DNA of 64,000 nt from Rhynchopus sp. YZ270_cl-10 (GCA_964035575.1 OZ037840.1:1178001-1242000); one strand, 5' to 3'. Shown: positions 20,140 to 33,022, counted from the stretch's first letter. Notes: a model not told the origin generated them from the letters alone. A program made the numbers and translations.

Positions 20140-20696
20140 GTACTGGGTACTGGGTACTGGGTACTGGGTACTGGGTACTGGGTACTGGGTACTGGGTACT
20201 GGGTACTGGGTACTGGGTACTGGGTACTGGGTACTGGGTACTGGGTACTGGGTACTGGGTACTGGGTACTGGGTACTGGGTACTGGGTACTGGGTACTGG
20301 GTACTGGGTACTGGGTACTGGGTACTGGGTACTGGGTACTGGGTACTGGGTACTGGGTACTGGGTACTGGGTACTGGGTACTGGGTACTGGGTACTGGGT
20401 ACTGGGTACTGGGTACTGGGTACTGGGTACTGGGTACTGGGTACTGGGTACTGGGTACTGGGTACTGGGTACTGGGTACTGGGTACTGGGTACTGGGTAC
20501 TGGGTACTGGGTACTGGGTACTGGGTACTGGGTACTGGGTACTGGGTACTGGGTACTGGGTACTGGGTACTGGGTACTGGGTACTGGGTACTGGGTACTG
20601 GGTACTGGGTACTGGGTACTGGGTACTGGGTACTGGGTACTGGGTACTGGGTACTGGGTACTGGGTACTGGGTACTGGGTACTGGGTACTGGGTAC
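20140..20696. repeat. (GTACTGG)n microsatellite
   Basis: Perfect 7-mer tandem array, ~557 bp. Confidence 0.98.
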
Positions 20697-20959
20697 CCAG
20701 AGAAGGCACCTTGACAGCAGCGAAGGCACAAGACAAGGTATGTAAATATGTTAACTTTATGGTGAATATTCAACAAAGTAAGGCTGTCGACTCGTATTTC
20801 CTCCAAAAAGTCTCCAGAACAATATTTTACACCCTCAGGCGAACTTATTTTTTAAAGAAATCACCTTCTTTAAATTCCCCACCACTCACAACTTCACTTT
20901 TAAACAGGTATCGCGAGTGCAACATCGAGAACCAACTGTGCAGAACGAGCGAACATATG

Positions 20960-22175
20960 GGGTGGAAAGGGGGGTGGGAACACTCTGTCAGTCACTGCTA
21001 TTGCCATTAACCCAGGGAGCATAGCTAGTGCAAGAAATTCGACTTTGGAAACCTTCCGGAAAGTCTGTCCTCTGCTTGCGGAGGACGAGGCACAAGAAAT
21101 ATTGCGTTCCCCCAGAAAACCAGTGCACATTTCACACTCCTTGTGGGTAGTCTTGTTGCCTTTTTTGTCGAGTAATTTTGGCCCAGGCATGCTCTTGAAG
21201 CATGACAATTTAGTGTGTATGGGGCAGGGTGTTGTTTTGTTCTGAATTCTCTTTGTTATAACATCTAAGTCAATCGCGGGTGGTGGTTTGTGTAGCGTGA
21301 GGCACTCTTTTTAGCAAACTTCCTGCGGCTGCTAAAGTGTTATTTCTTCGGATTTAACAACGTACAGCGTAACATAGTGGTTTAGCCTGGTCGACACAAC
21401 CTTTGATAGATACGGGATAACCAACCCCCTTCGACCCCTTGTGGGTTCACTGAACAAGCCCTAGTGGTAGTTAAACGCGATTGACATTTACATTCCTAGA
21501 GATGAAAGAACAAGATAACACTTCTGTACCCGCGCATCAAAATTGTGGAAAACTTTGCACCCCAAACACCCTCAACAACGCCCGCCAAAAGGCGCCCCTT
21601 GTTGCTGGGAGTTGTTCTCATGTTTGATACCTGCACAGCGGGCATTCCTCTGAGTCCAACGCATGTTTGGCCTGTCTGCGGACTTCAGGTGCACGAAGAC
21701 AGGGTCTGGTGGTAAATTTTGCGTAGTGTCGCATTCCCTCATGTGTGGGTCACTCACACTTGGCGGTCATGTGCCACTGCGTGGGTCTGGGAATTTGGGT
21801 ACCTGGGTACAGGAAATTTGTTGTGGAAGACATCAACCACCATGCATTGAGGAGGGTAAGACAGTGTTCGCAGTTTCTACCTGATAGCATTACAACATTT
21901 AACTTCTCCACGGGGGTCTTGGGCCGTTCACTCGGTTCTACCTTGACTACCGGAAGATATTCTTGAGGCCTTTTTGGTCTCTAGAATATCCGGTCTTCCC
22001 GAACGGAGGCACACTTTGTGTGTTACTACGACCTGGCAATTTCCAGCAGTAGGTTAAGTAATCTTTCTTGTAAATTGTTGGATCATTATCTCCTCAGTGC
22101 ATGAATGCCCCACGTGACTGGACACTTTTGTGTTTGTCATGTGGAGCTGTGGTTGCTCTTTCACGACTTTTTTCC
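20960..22175. repeat. ~1.2-kb dispersed repeat (family R)
   Basis: Near-identical copy at ~31598-32822. Fragmented copy at ~54480-54767, 57559-57948 and 58820-59257. Parts resemble the interior of element A. Confidence 0.9.
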
Positions 22176-22191
22176 TGTTCCTGGACCTGGA

Positions 22192-22257
22192 CCTGGGTAC
22201 CTGGGTACCTGGGTACCTGGGTACCTGGGTACCTGGGTACCTGGGTACCTGGGTACC
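22192..22257. repeat. (CCTGGGTA)n microsatellite
   Basis: 8-mer array. The same unit occurs at 32841-32963 and, inverted, at ~45243-45283. Confidence 0.95.
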
Positions 22258-22657
22258 CAGTACCCAGTACCCAAAAATAATTTAGGATAATATGTACCGT
22301 TTTGGGCCGCTGTAATTGTGCTGTAATTGTGGTGTAATTGTGGCGTAATTGTGCTCAGTTGCTCAGTTGTGCGTAAGTGGGTGTAAATGTGCGTAAGTGT
22401 ACGTAAGTGTGCGTAAGTGTTGGTACTTGTGGAGTATTTGTGGGTACGTGTGTGTAAGTGTGCAAAAACGGATATTTTTTGTTTTCTGCATGTTTCTCCT
22501 GCTCTTTCACGCCAACAAGACTTCGATAACATTTCGCTTAAAATTGCACATTTTTTGGCGTGGCTGCATAACCGATTCCCCGTGTTTCTACACAGTTGTC
22601 ACGGGGGGCATTCACGTGTTGGAAATTTGTTTTCGTTGGTCAAGCTTTTAAACGCCG

Positions 22658-24085
22658 GCATTTGCATTTCCGGAATCCGTCCGGCCAGTGGTGGGGTCAA
22701 TTTGCCGAAATGGACAAATTCTCGTTTTTGGTCAATTTCCGCACAGTACACAGTACACAGTACACAGTACACAGTACACAGTACACAGTACACAGTACAC
22801 AGTACACAGTACACAGTACACAGTACACAGTACACAGTACACAGTACACAGTACACAGTACACAGTACACAGTACAGTACAGTACAGTACAGTACAGTAC
22901 AGTACAGTACAGTACAGTACAGTACAGTACAGTACAGTACAGTACAGTACAGTACAGTACAGTACAGTACAGTACAGTACAGTACAGTACAGTACAGTAC
23001 AGTACAGTACAGTACAGTACAGTACAGTACAGTACAGTACAGTACAGTACAGTACAGTACAGTACAGTACAGTACAGTACAGTACAGTACAGTACAGTAC
23101 AGTACAGTACAGTACAGTACAGTACAGTACAGTACAGTACAGTACAGTACAGTACAGTACAGTACAGTACAGTACAGTACAGTACAGTACAGTACAGTAC
23201 AGTACAGTACAGTACAGTACAGTACAGTACAGTACAGTACAGTACAGTACAGTACAGTACAGTACAGTACAGTACAGTACAGTACAGTACAGTACAGTAC
23301 AGTACAGTACAGTACAGTACAGTACAGTACAGTACAGTACAGTACAGTACAGTACAGTACAGTACAGTACAGTACAGTACAGTACAGTACAGTACAGTAC
23401 AGTACAGTACAGTACAGTACAGTACAGTACAGTACAGTACAGTACAGTACAGTACAGTACAGTACAGTACAGTACAGTACAGTACAGTACAGTACAGTAC
23501 AGGTCACTTACAGGTGGTGGCATGCTTCCCTGTAGGGTGGTGTACCATTTTTTCCCCCAGCGTAATTTCGGTGTAATTGTGTGTAATTGTGGTGTAATTG
23601 TGGTTAGTTGTGTGTAGTTGTGCTGAAATTGTACTGAAATTGTGCCTAATATAGGCACAGCTCAGGTGAGTATGGTGCCAGTTGTGCCCAGTTATGTCAT
23701 GGGTAAAACGGTACATAATACCCAAAATAATTTAGGATAATACCCAAATAATTTAGGATAATACCCACTGGGTTTATCCTAAATGGGTACTAGAAACTTG
23801 GGTACTAGCCTAATTACCCCTAGATTTAAAGATCAATTTGAATCCTGGGCCGGAACACGGATTTGGATTCAGAGGATCCCAATCTTTCCAATAACGGCAT
23901 TTTCTGGGGGTGGAAAAATACCCTGCTTTCTTGCGAGGGGGTTGGGCCAAAAAAATATAGGCACCCGAACAATCCCCTGTGTATACTGTGTATACCGTGT
24001 GCGGAAATTGACCAATAACGAGAACTTGTCCATTTCGGCAAATTGACCCCACCACTGGCCGGACGGATTCCGGAAATGCAAATGC
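22658..24085. repeat. ~85-bp inverted repeat pair (22658-22744 and ~23998-24085) enclosing satellite arrays
   Basis: GCATTTGCATTTCCGGAATCCGTCCGGCCAGTGGTGGGGTCAATTTGCCG... and its reverse complement. No TSD seen. Confidence 0.8.
22742..23501. repeat. Compound microsatellite (CAGTACA)n followed by (CAGTA)n
   Basis: 7-mer array switches to a 5-mer at ~22870. Confidence 0.98.
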
Positions 24086-24680
24086 AAGTGTTTTCGGTGT
24101 GAACTGTGTGTACTCTATGTACTGTGCGCTACCACAGCCAGGACCTCATAAGCTCTCAGTAGGCTCTCACAGGCTCTCACAAGGTTAACACCTTGCGCTT
24201 TCAGCGGTGGGTCGCGATTTTTTTCACAGTGTGCAAACGAACAGATTTTTGACATTTTCCTGGTCGCATACTGCGAGTTTTCCTGGAAGCGCAGGAAAAA
24301 TGACTGGGGAGTGTTGGTGGCTCCGTGACGCCACAGAGCCGGCACACTCGTTGAGTGCCTCACAAAACCTCAAATTTATTCCGTTTTGATTTTATTTAAT
24401 GTCTTCACGCTATATTGTTGTTGTTGGGTTGGGAAATAAAACATTTTTTTACCGTTTTCCTGAGTTGTCCTCATAAAACCCCCCCCTAAATTAAGCCGGG
24501 GATCGGGGATCGCGGGTTTTGACCCCCGGAATTACGGCTACACCTGCTCCCCCCCCACATCGATTTCAATACTATACCATACTTCACCTACGGTTACCCT
24601 TACAGGGGGGTGAAGGAAGGTAAGTTGAAAACACAGTGGAGATTGCACAACTGTGGCAACACAACCGAGGCAACTACACT

Positions 24681-27600
24681 CAGGGCGTTCGCCACGGGGC
24701 GAAAAAAATTTTTTTTCGTTAAATTAATTTTTTTCTAAAAAAATTACTTTTTATTTCGCCCCAGGGCTTCGCCCCACCGGGGCGAAGCCCTTAATAAAAT
24801 AAATAAAAAAAAAAAAAAAAAAAGAAAAAGGGGGGGCGAACTCTGCCGACCCCCCCGGAGGGGGGGTCGGCAGGGTTTTTTGGGGTGATTTTTTACTTGT
24901 GTGCTGCCTATAAGTCAAATGTATATGTGTATACATTTGACTTTCACCCTAAAAAAAAAAATAAAATAAAAAAAAAATAGTGGAGCACACTCTAGGGTGG
25001 CTACACTACCAAGTTTTCAAAAAAAAAAAAAACAAAAAAAAAACAGATGCCTCCCCACCACCCTACTTTTTGTATTGCTTGTTTCCACTGTACTCAAAAT
25101 CCTAAAAAACCTTAGTTTTTTAGTCTTTACTATAGAGATGTGCGCCACCCACACCCACACACACTACCCACCCCCTCACCACCAGAGGGGATTTGACCAA
25201 AAAATCGATTTTTTTAAATAAATCATCCGCAAACCTGCCCGCAACAGTCTTTTAATAAAAATGGGGCCAAAGCAGCAGACCCTGTGGGGAAGGGCGGTGA
25301 GGGCACCCACCATTAACCGCAACTATGCGGGGTGGAAGAGGAAGGAGGCAGAAGCACAGTTTGTGCTGCGCGGCCTGGACTTCGGTCCCCCCTCAGGCCC
25401 GGACTACCTGACGCTCTCCGCTCTCCGCCGCATCGCAACCGACTTCGACAACAACCAGCAGCCAGCAGCCCCTGCACCAGCAGCAGTTCAACCAGCAGCA
25501 CTCACTCCAGTCCCTCAACCAACAGCCCCGGCAGCAGCAGCAGTTCAACCAGCAGCAGTTCCACCACCAGCACTCACTCCAGTCCCTCAACCAACAGCCC
25601 CGGCAGCAGCAGCAGTTCAACCAGCAGCACTCACTCCAGTCCCTCAACCAACAGCCCCTGCAGCAGCAGCAGCAGCCGTGACACCGACAACCGGGAAGAG
25701 GAGCAGCAGCAGGGCCCGGTCACAGGGTACGAAGCGTGCCCGCGTGGAGGCACCTCCCCTCACGGACATCGTGTGGGACGATGGGGATGACTTCGGAGGG
25801 ACGGAGCCCGAAGCACGCATCCCCGTCGTGATCGACATTGTGTCAGACGAGGAGGAAGGAGGAGAAGACGCCAGTCCCAAGCTCAAGGTAATGGGTGTTA
25901 ACGTGGCCACGCTTGAGCGCCACAAGTCCACGTGGCCTTGGCTGAAGTGGGCCGACGGTCGCGTGTTCTGCGCTAACTGCGCATACGTGTTCACGAACGC
26001 GACGCAGTTCAAGCGCGACTTCGGGAGACACGCCCAAGAAGAAGGACACCTCAGCAGCGGCAGCCTCGCCACTCTTATGGCAAAGAACGCAGAAGAGACC
26101 GCTCGTCAGTCCCGTGAGAACATGACCACCCTGGTGAAGACCATATTTCACTGCGTCAAGATAGGCATTCCGGTCAGCAAGCTGCTGAAACACCTCTCCT
26201 TTTTTGTCGATGAGCTGCAGTGTAAGAGGATGCGTGAGTGGCTGGCGGGTGATGTGCACTACTTCTCTGCCCAATCCATCACTGAGTGGATGAAGGCAAT
26301 CGGGGAGACGTTGTTGTCGGGCATTGCCGCCGATGCAGTGACAAGTGGAAGGGTTGGCCTGATCGCGGACTCGACGAAGGATGTGGCCCGGAAGGAACAG
26401 TGTGTCATCGTTCTCCGCTTTGTACATGATAGTGAACCACAGGAGCGACTCGTGGACATGAGCGAGATCCGGGACAGATCGGCACAGGGATATTCCACCC
26501 ACATCCGCAAGATCGTTGACAAGTTGGGTTTGCGGTTTCACGACGCCGCTGAGGTGTCAGATAACCCCAACGTCTGGTTCGACGGGGTTGCGTTGGATGG
26601 AGCAGCCAACATGCTCGGCAAACATGCAGGTCTGGCAAAGCAGCTCCGGTACTGGTGGGGTCCGTCGGCGATAGAGATGTGGTGCCATTGCCACCTCTTG
26701 AACCTTGCATGCGGTGACGCTGCAAAGGAGGTGCCAAGTGTCGACCGTTTTCTCAACTTATTGCGTTCTGTCTGGGTATTTTTGTACACGCACAACAAAC
26801 ACCATGAAGGGTTCCGTGAGATGCTGAGGGAATTGAGTGATGTGATCAACCAAGACGAGCTGGCTGCCCCCACCGAGACCCGCTGGTTGACTCAGGGGAA
26901 CGCTGTCCACACACTCAACTCCCAACTCCCTGTGCTGATTGCGTACCTCAAAAAAGTGGAGCACTTGGGACCGACAGAGCAGTCACTTTTGAAGCAACTG
27001 AGTGACCGGAGCTTCTTCGGGATGGTGGCGATGCTCGACACCATGTTGGGCTTGCTCAACGGGCTGTCGATGGATTTACAGGCCAAGGACTTAAACATCC
27101 TTGAGACCTGTGCTTACATCCAGAGCACGATTGCCAAGTTCCGCATGCTGCAGGACACGGCAAGCGCCTACGGCGCGTACCACACGTTCCCTGGTCGGTA
27201 CCAGGACGTGTTTCCGCACCAGCAAGTGAACAAAACAAACACGCTTGCCTTGTTCCACGAAACTGTGGGGGCGCCTTACTGTGGCGCCGTCATCAAGACG
27301 CTGGAACAGCGATTCTCCAACAACAAGGAGATCGCGCAGTTCGCCGTCTTCGACGTGCGGAACTGGACGGCGGACCAGGCGTACGGTGAAGAGCAGATCA
27401 GCGCGATAGAGAAGCGCTACTGCTCGGGCACTCATATCCACTTCAAACAGTTCAACAAGATTGATAACACCTCCTATCCGCAGTACTCTTCAACCGAATA
27501 CACCGAGAGGGCGAGGACTGGGCGCGCAGTGTTGGACGGAGGACAAGGTGCCCTGGCTTTGGAATGGCGGTGTCTGCGGATCGTACTACGTGAGAGGAAG

Positions 27601-28116
27601 TTACCCCAGCACTCCCGCTCCCTCCTCAAGTTCCTGCAGTCTGCTGAAGGTGCCCCGTTCCCCCTGTTACGGAAGGTATCACTGCTCGTGTCAACGCTAC
27701 CTTCAACCTCGGTGGAGGCAGAGAGGCGTTTTAGTTTATTGAAAATAATCAAAACAAGATTGAAGTCTCACATGACGGATGACTCTCTTTTGTACATCTG
27801 TTTGATAAAACAGCACAGAGACACCCTCAGTGACGGGGAGATTGAAGAAATTCTCCGGCGTTTTACTGCTGTTCGTAACAGAAAAGTTCAGCTGTGATAG
27901 CACTTTGTTTTGGGGGGGCAAGGGTGGGGGGATCACGCGCGAATCGCATTTTTTTTATCATCTATCAGTATCAGGGATTCACCCCCACGAACTAGCTTCT
28001 CCGGCGGGAAAAATTTTTTTTTGACCTATTTTAAGCACTAGTAAAAAAACATAATTTCAGGGATTTTGGCATTTCGCCACGATCCTGAAAAACCGAGGGC
28101 GATAGCGAACGCCCTG
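24681..28116 (+). mobile_element. Complete, putatively autonomous hAT transposon
   Basis: 12-bp TIRs CAGGGCGTTCGC and GCGAACGCCCTG. Perfect 8-bp TSD ACTACACT (24673-24680 and 28117-28124). Intact transposase ORF. Confidence 0.96.
25261..27897 (+). CDS. hAT transposase (DUF4371/ZMYM-like type), 878 aa
   Basis: TTF-like Zn finger (WPWL..FCANC..H..H). Catalytic and core motifs IADSTKD, DGAANM, CHCHLLNL, ETRW and STSVEAERRFS..KTRLKS. Pro/Ala tandem repeats at ~25477-25675. Confidence 0.95.
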   Translation: MGPKQQTLWGRAVRAPTINRNYAGWKRKEAEAQFVLRGLDFGPPSGPDYLTLSALRRIATDFDNNQQPAAPAPAAVQPAALTPVPQPTAPAAAAVQPAAVPPPALTPVPQPTAPAAAAVQPAALTPVPQPTAPAAAAAAVTPTTGKRSSSRARSQGTKRARVEAPPLTDIVWDDGDDFGGTEPEARIPVVIDIVSDEEEGGEDASPKLKVMGVNVATLERHKSTWPWLKWADGRVFCANCAYVFTNATQFKRDFGRHAQEEGHLSSGSLATLMAKNAEETARQSRENMTTLVKTIFHCVKIGIPVSKLLKHLSFFVDELQCKRMREWLAGDVHYFSAQSITEWMKAIGETLLSGIAADAVTSGRVGLIADSTKDVARKEQCVIVLRFVHDSEPQERLVDMSEIRDRSAQGYSTHIRKIVDKLGLRFHDAAEVSDNPNVWFDGVALDGAANMLGKHAGLAKQLRYWWGPSAIEMWCHCHLLNLACGDAAKEVPSVDRFLNLLRSVWVFLYTHNKHHEGFREMLRELSDVINQDELAAPTETRWLTQGNAVHTLNSQLPVLIAYLKKVEHLGPTEQSLLKQLSDRSFFGMVAMLDTMLGLLNGLSMDLQAKDLNILETCAYIQSTIAKFRMLQDTASAYGAYHTFPGRYQDVFPHQQVNKTNTLALFHETVGAPYCGAVIKTLEQRFSNNKEIAQFAVFDVRNWTADQAYGEEQISAIEKRYCSGTHIHFKQFNKIDNTSYPQYSSTEYTERARTGRAVLDGGQGALALEWRCLRIVLRERKLPQHSRSLLKFLQSAEGAPFPLLRKVSLLVSTLPSTSVEAERRFSLLKIIKTRLKSHMTDDSLLYICLIKQHRDTLSDGEIEEILRRFTAVRNRKVQL

Positions 28117-28159
28117 ACTACACTACTCCAACAATTTTTCAAAAAAAAAAAAAAAAAAA

Positions 28160-28950
28160 CAAGTAATTGCTATCGGAAAAAAAACGGGGTGTGCTGTGGT
28201 TATGGGGGGACCCACACTCCTGAACACCGCCCTGTAGAAATAATCTACACTCTGCTCTTCTGCAGGTATGCGAAAACGCTGCCACAACCACTGGGACGCC
28301 TGCACTTGAAACGTTCAAGAACGGGGGCTGTCATCCTCAGACCCCTCTTCGTCCAGCACCATTTGCTCGATCGATGGTCGGCGTGTTCCACGTCGTCGTC
28401 GTCCACAGCCTCCCACTCATCGTCGCCGGAGGAGGAGTGCGCAAGGAACACAGACGACGAACTGTCGTCGATCACACCATGCGCATCAGCACCACCCAGC
28501 AAAGCGCCAGGCTGCTATGTTGGTTTCGAAAATCGTGCGGAGTTTCCCACAGCACACCTCGTTCTTTTTCTTAGCAATTCCTTGTTTTGTTGTTGTTTTC
28601 CACACACCTTCCTTCAACCCTTGTAGGATCAGTTGTTATTTTTTTCTAGAAAACTTGAAATTACACATTTCAAGAGAACAAATTAAAAAGGGTCCTTATT
28701 TGCGTTTTTGGGCTCTGCCCGTGCAGTGGTGGGGTCAATCTCGAAAATTGGACAAATTTTTGACCACTTAAATTTTGAGAAATATGAGCCCGGTTGCTTA
28801 TACGTGGGGCCCATTTTTGGTCAGAATTTTCCTCAAAATCCGGGTTTGTAATATTGACCCTTTACTCCCCCCCCACATCGATTTCAATACTATACCTTAC
28901 TTCACCTACGGTTACCCTTACAGGGGGGTGAAGGAAGGTAAGTTGAAAAA
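28160..28950. repeat. ~0.8-kb dispersed repeat
   Basis: Inverted diverged copy at ~61078-61880. Partial copies at ~19993-20140 and ~24547-24630. Confidence 0.85.
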
Positions 28951-29076
28951 ACGGGTGTTTATATTTCAGGCGGTGTGACATAGTACGTTGGTAGGTCAGA
29001 GGTGCGTCCTCAGTACTTATTTTTTCCTAGTTTTCTTTCTTAGGTACACTGTTCGCGAGAGGGCTTTGTATTTCAA

Positions 29077-29416
29077 GTCAACTTCTTTTCATTTACTTGT
29101 CATACCCTGAAGTCATTGCACTTCACAAATTTTTTTTCTTCCGAAAAAAAAAAACTCCTCAGTAAAACCCTCAGTGACCCCACCTTTACAGTAGGCATCA
29201 TCTGTGGGTAAAGTGTGTCTAACTTTGTTCCGAACGTTTCTCTCTTTTTTGGGTGGGAGGGAGGTCAGGATAGAATGCCTTGCCATACTGAATGGATGAC
29301 GCGCTGTCTGTATATTGCCTCCCACTGCCCAGAGGGCATCAGGACTATTCTGTTTTTGTCCTCAGGGAGGTGAACATCCCCTGCCCCGGCGCATCGTTCG
29401 TACTTGCCGATCTACA
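29077..29416 (+). repeat. Direct repeat, second copy at 49764-50156, bracketing the nested TE cluster
   Basis: GTCAACTTCTTTTCATTTACTTGTCAT...TACTTGCCGATCTACA present in both, differing mainly by one ~55-bp indel. Confidence 0.9.
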
Positions 29417-30306
29417 GGGCGCATCCCTCGACGTACTTTCCCCCAAACATGGTGGGTTACACCCCCCATGAAGTGGCAGGATGACATGCGGGGGTCCTTG
29501 GAGGCCACAGACATGTACTTACAACTTTAAATTGGATTTTTTTTTGAAAAAAAACTCAAAAAATACGGTAAAATTGGGCAAAAATGGGGCCTTCACGGCC
29601 TTTTGCCACAAAAATAAACCCATTTTCGACGAAATTTTCCCCAAAATCACATAGAAATACCCATACAAACCCCAAAAAAATCGATTTGGGTGTGTTTTCG
29701 ACACCTTAGACGACTCCAAGTCACTTTAAAGTTCCATGCAAGAGTAAGCCTTAAATCGGCCTTTTTCCGTTACATTTTTGTTACATGTTTTGGAGTCATT
29801 TTTTCAAAAAAAACCAAATTGTTTTTGTCCCTAAGTCGTCCATTGGTGGTTTCAGTGGGTTCTCTGACCTAGATCGTAGATCCCAGGGTGTACCCCGCCG
29901 GTTTTTTGCAGATTTATTAACTTTTTCCGGGAAAAAAGTGAAAATATTCAAAAAGCTTCACCCTTCCTTAAGCCATTACGCCCCCTAGGCATACTTGGCC
30001 CCCCATATGGGGGGGCCCTAAAATATGGGGGAATATGGGGAAATATGGGGGGAAATATGGGGGGTTTTACCCCCCATATTTTTATATGGGGGAAATATGC
30101 AGGAAATATGGGGGATATCCCCCTATACTTATACCTATACGTATACCCATTACCCCCCACCCTACCCCCCCACCCCCCCTACCCCCCCCTACCCCCCTAC
30201 CCCCCCCCCACCCCCCCTACCCCCCCCTACCCCCCTACCCCCCCCTACCCCCCTACACGGTGAACTCCCCCTCCATGGCTGGAGTAAACGAGAGATCCGG
30301 CGAGGG

Positions 30307-33022
30307 GGTGTGGGTCACACCCGCTAGCGGGTGTGGTCACACCCCCTAGCGGGTGTGAAAGCGGGTGTGAAATCGGGTCTCCACCTTCTAAGGTGAGCCT
30401 CTGTACTAACTAGACTCTCGAAAATTTTTTTGGTCACACCCTAAAAGTGCCCAATTTTGCAATTCCAGCCAGAATTCAGCAGTTTTGAGCCTTTCAGGGG
30501 GTCTAAAACGCGTTTTTGAAGTTTTTATGACGATATTACCTGGGCGTTTGTGAGTAGTCACAGTGCTATCTATTTTGGGGTCGTCAGCCACACATGTGAA
30601 AAATATGATTGTGGGGACCAGTTCCCCGTCCCTCCCTATAGTTCCCCCTCATGTGAGGTGAAAGGACTTGGACCCTTGAAGCTTCCCTCAGAGACGCGCA
30701 ACAAATGGTGAATGTGCAGACAAGGTATGGTTTCATCTCCCCCACAGAAAATACAATATTCACTCAACTAAACATATACACATACATCTTACTGTAAAAT
30801 CGTTTAATTTGTCACAATTTAATTAACTGATTTGAAATATCAGTCATAAATAAACTTTGTCACACCCAAATAATATGTGTCACATTAAATGATGATTTAA
30901 TTTATGTTTATGGTTATTTTGTGTCTACTTTTTAAAGTACAGCCTTGAGTGATACTTTATGTATTAGCACTGCAACCGATCCTCAGTAGACAGCAGATCC
31001 CCGTAGGGACGGAAGCGGCCGCGGCCGCTCACATACGAATCCTTCCCGATATCAGCCAGTGCCAGCGAGAAAGCGTTGCTTCCTGTGACGCTGCAGACCA
31101 AGGGGGTTCTGCTCCGCAGAACCCCCTTGGTCTGCAGCGTCTTTTCTCAAAACCAACACCCTGAGCACCTTCTCCGCTGCAGTATCAGAACCAGCTCCCC
31201 GTCTGTGGTCCCAAAACATAATTAAATCATCATAATAATGTGTCACTTATATAATTTGTCCTTTTGTCATCATTTTTGCCATTCTGTCACATTATTGTAG
31301 GTGACAAATTAAACGATTTTACAGTACCGTTGTGTCCCTGTCTTTTTACATCCTCAAATTCAGGGTAACAATTTTTCTTAAGTCATCCATTGGTGTGGCT
31401 GATTTCGCAGTTTTGGATGGCTCAAGAATACACACCAAATTAACTTCTTTTTTCCAAGCGACTATATCTTAATCTCACCCCCCATTTCCCCTCATCTCAG
31501 GATCGTGAAATCTGAACTGCATCAGCGATTGCGATGAGAAGTTTCGCCGTGTCTCGACAACTCACGCGCGTTCAGCTGCATCAATTCTGAAGATCTGGGA
31601 GTGGAAGGGGGGTGGGAACACTTTGTCAGTCGCTGCTATTGCAATGAACCCAGGGAGCATAGCTAGTGCAAGAAATTCGACTTTGGAAACCTTCCGGAAA
31701 GTCTGTCCTCTGCTCGCGGAGGACGAGGCACAAGAAAATATTGCGTTCCCCCAGAAAACCAGTGCACAATTCACACTCCTTGTGGGTGGTCTTGTTGCCT
31801 TTTTGTCACAGTAATTTTGGCCCAGGCGTGCTCTTGAAGCATGACAATTTAGTGTGTATGGGGCAGGGTGTTGTTTTGTTCTGAATTCTCTTTGTTATAA
31901 CATCTAAGTCAATCGCGGGTGGTGGTTTGTGTAGCGTGAGGCACTCTTTTTAGCAAACTTCCTGCGGCTGCTAAAGTGTTATTTCTTCGGATTTAACAAC
32001 GTACAGCGTAACATAGTGGTTTCGCCTGGTCGACACAACCTTTGATAGATACGGGATAACCAACCCCCTTCGACCCCTTGTGGGTTCACTGAACAAGCCC
32101 TCGTGGTAGTTAAACGCGATTGACATTTACATTCCTAGAGATGAAAGAACAAGACAACACTTCTGTACCCGCGCATCAAAATTGTGGAAAACTTTGCACC
32201 CCAAACACCCTCAACAACGCCCGCCAAAAGGCGCCCCTTGTTGCTGGGAGTTGGTTCTCATGTTTGATACCTGCACAGCGGGCATTCCTCTGAGTCCAAC
32301 GCATGTTTGGCCTGTCTGCGGCGTTGTACTTCAGGTGCACGAAGACAGGGTCTGGTGGTAAATTTTGCGTAGTGTCGCATTCCCTCATGTGTGGGTCACT
32401 CACACTTGGCGGTCATGTGCCACTGCGTGGGTCTGGGAATTTGGGTACCTGGGTACAGGAAATTTGTTGTGGAAGACATCAACCACCATGCATTGAGGAG
32501 GGTAAGACAGTGGTCGCAGTTTCTACTTGATAGCATTACAACATTTAACTTCTCCACGGGGGTCTTGGGCCGTTCACTCGGTTCTACCTTGACTACCGGA
32601 AGATATTCTTGAGGCCTTTTTGGTCTCTAGAATATCCGGTCTTCCCGAACGGAGGCACACTTTGTGTGTTACTACGACCTGGCAATTTCCAGCAGTAGGT
32701 TAAGTAATCTTTCTTGTAAATTGTTGGATCATTATCTCCTCAGTGCATGAATGCCCCACGTGACTGGACACTTTTGTGTTTGTCATGTGGAGCTGTGGTT
32801 GCTCTTTCACGACTTTTTTCCTTGTACACAGTGTACCGTGTACCTGGGTACCTGGGTACCTGGGTACCTGGGTACCTGGGTACCTGGGTACCTGGGTACC
32901 TGGGTACCTGGGTACCTGGGTACCTGGGTACCTGGGTACCTGGGTACCTGGGTACCTGGGTACCAGGTGTGGACACACCCCCTAGCGGGTGTGCCGCACC
33001 CCTAGCGGGTGTGACCCACACC
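30307..33022. mobile_element. Non-autonomous TIR element B
   Basis: GGTGTGGGTCACACCCGCTAG and CTAGCGGGTGTGACCCACACC termini, with CTAGCGGGTGTG subterminal repeats. Carries a family R copy. Confidence 0.65.
32841..32963. repeat. (TACCTGGG)n microsatellite
   Basis: Perfect 8-mer array. Confidence 0.97.

Noticed and set aside
21000..21800. Residual transposase coding in family R (HENQLP..LRVFGV shared with element A)
   Set aside because: Only short broken frames with no recognisable catalytic motif. DNA-level homology explains the similarity.
19238..23658. Long ORFs such as (PVPSTQY)n, (VQYST)n and (YCVLCTV)n
   Set aside because: They are translations of stop-free microsatellites, open in several frames and on both strands.
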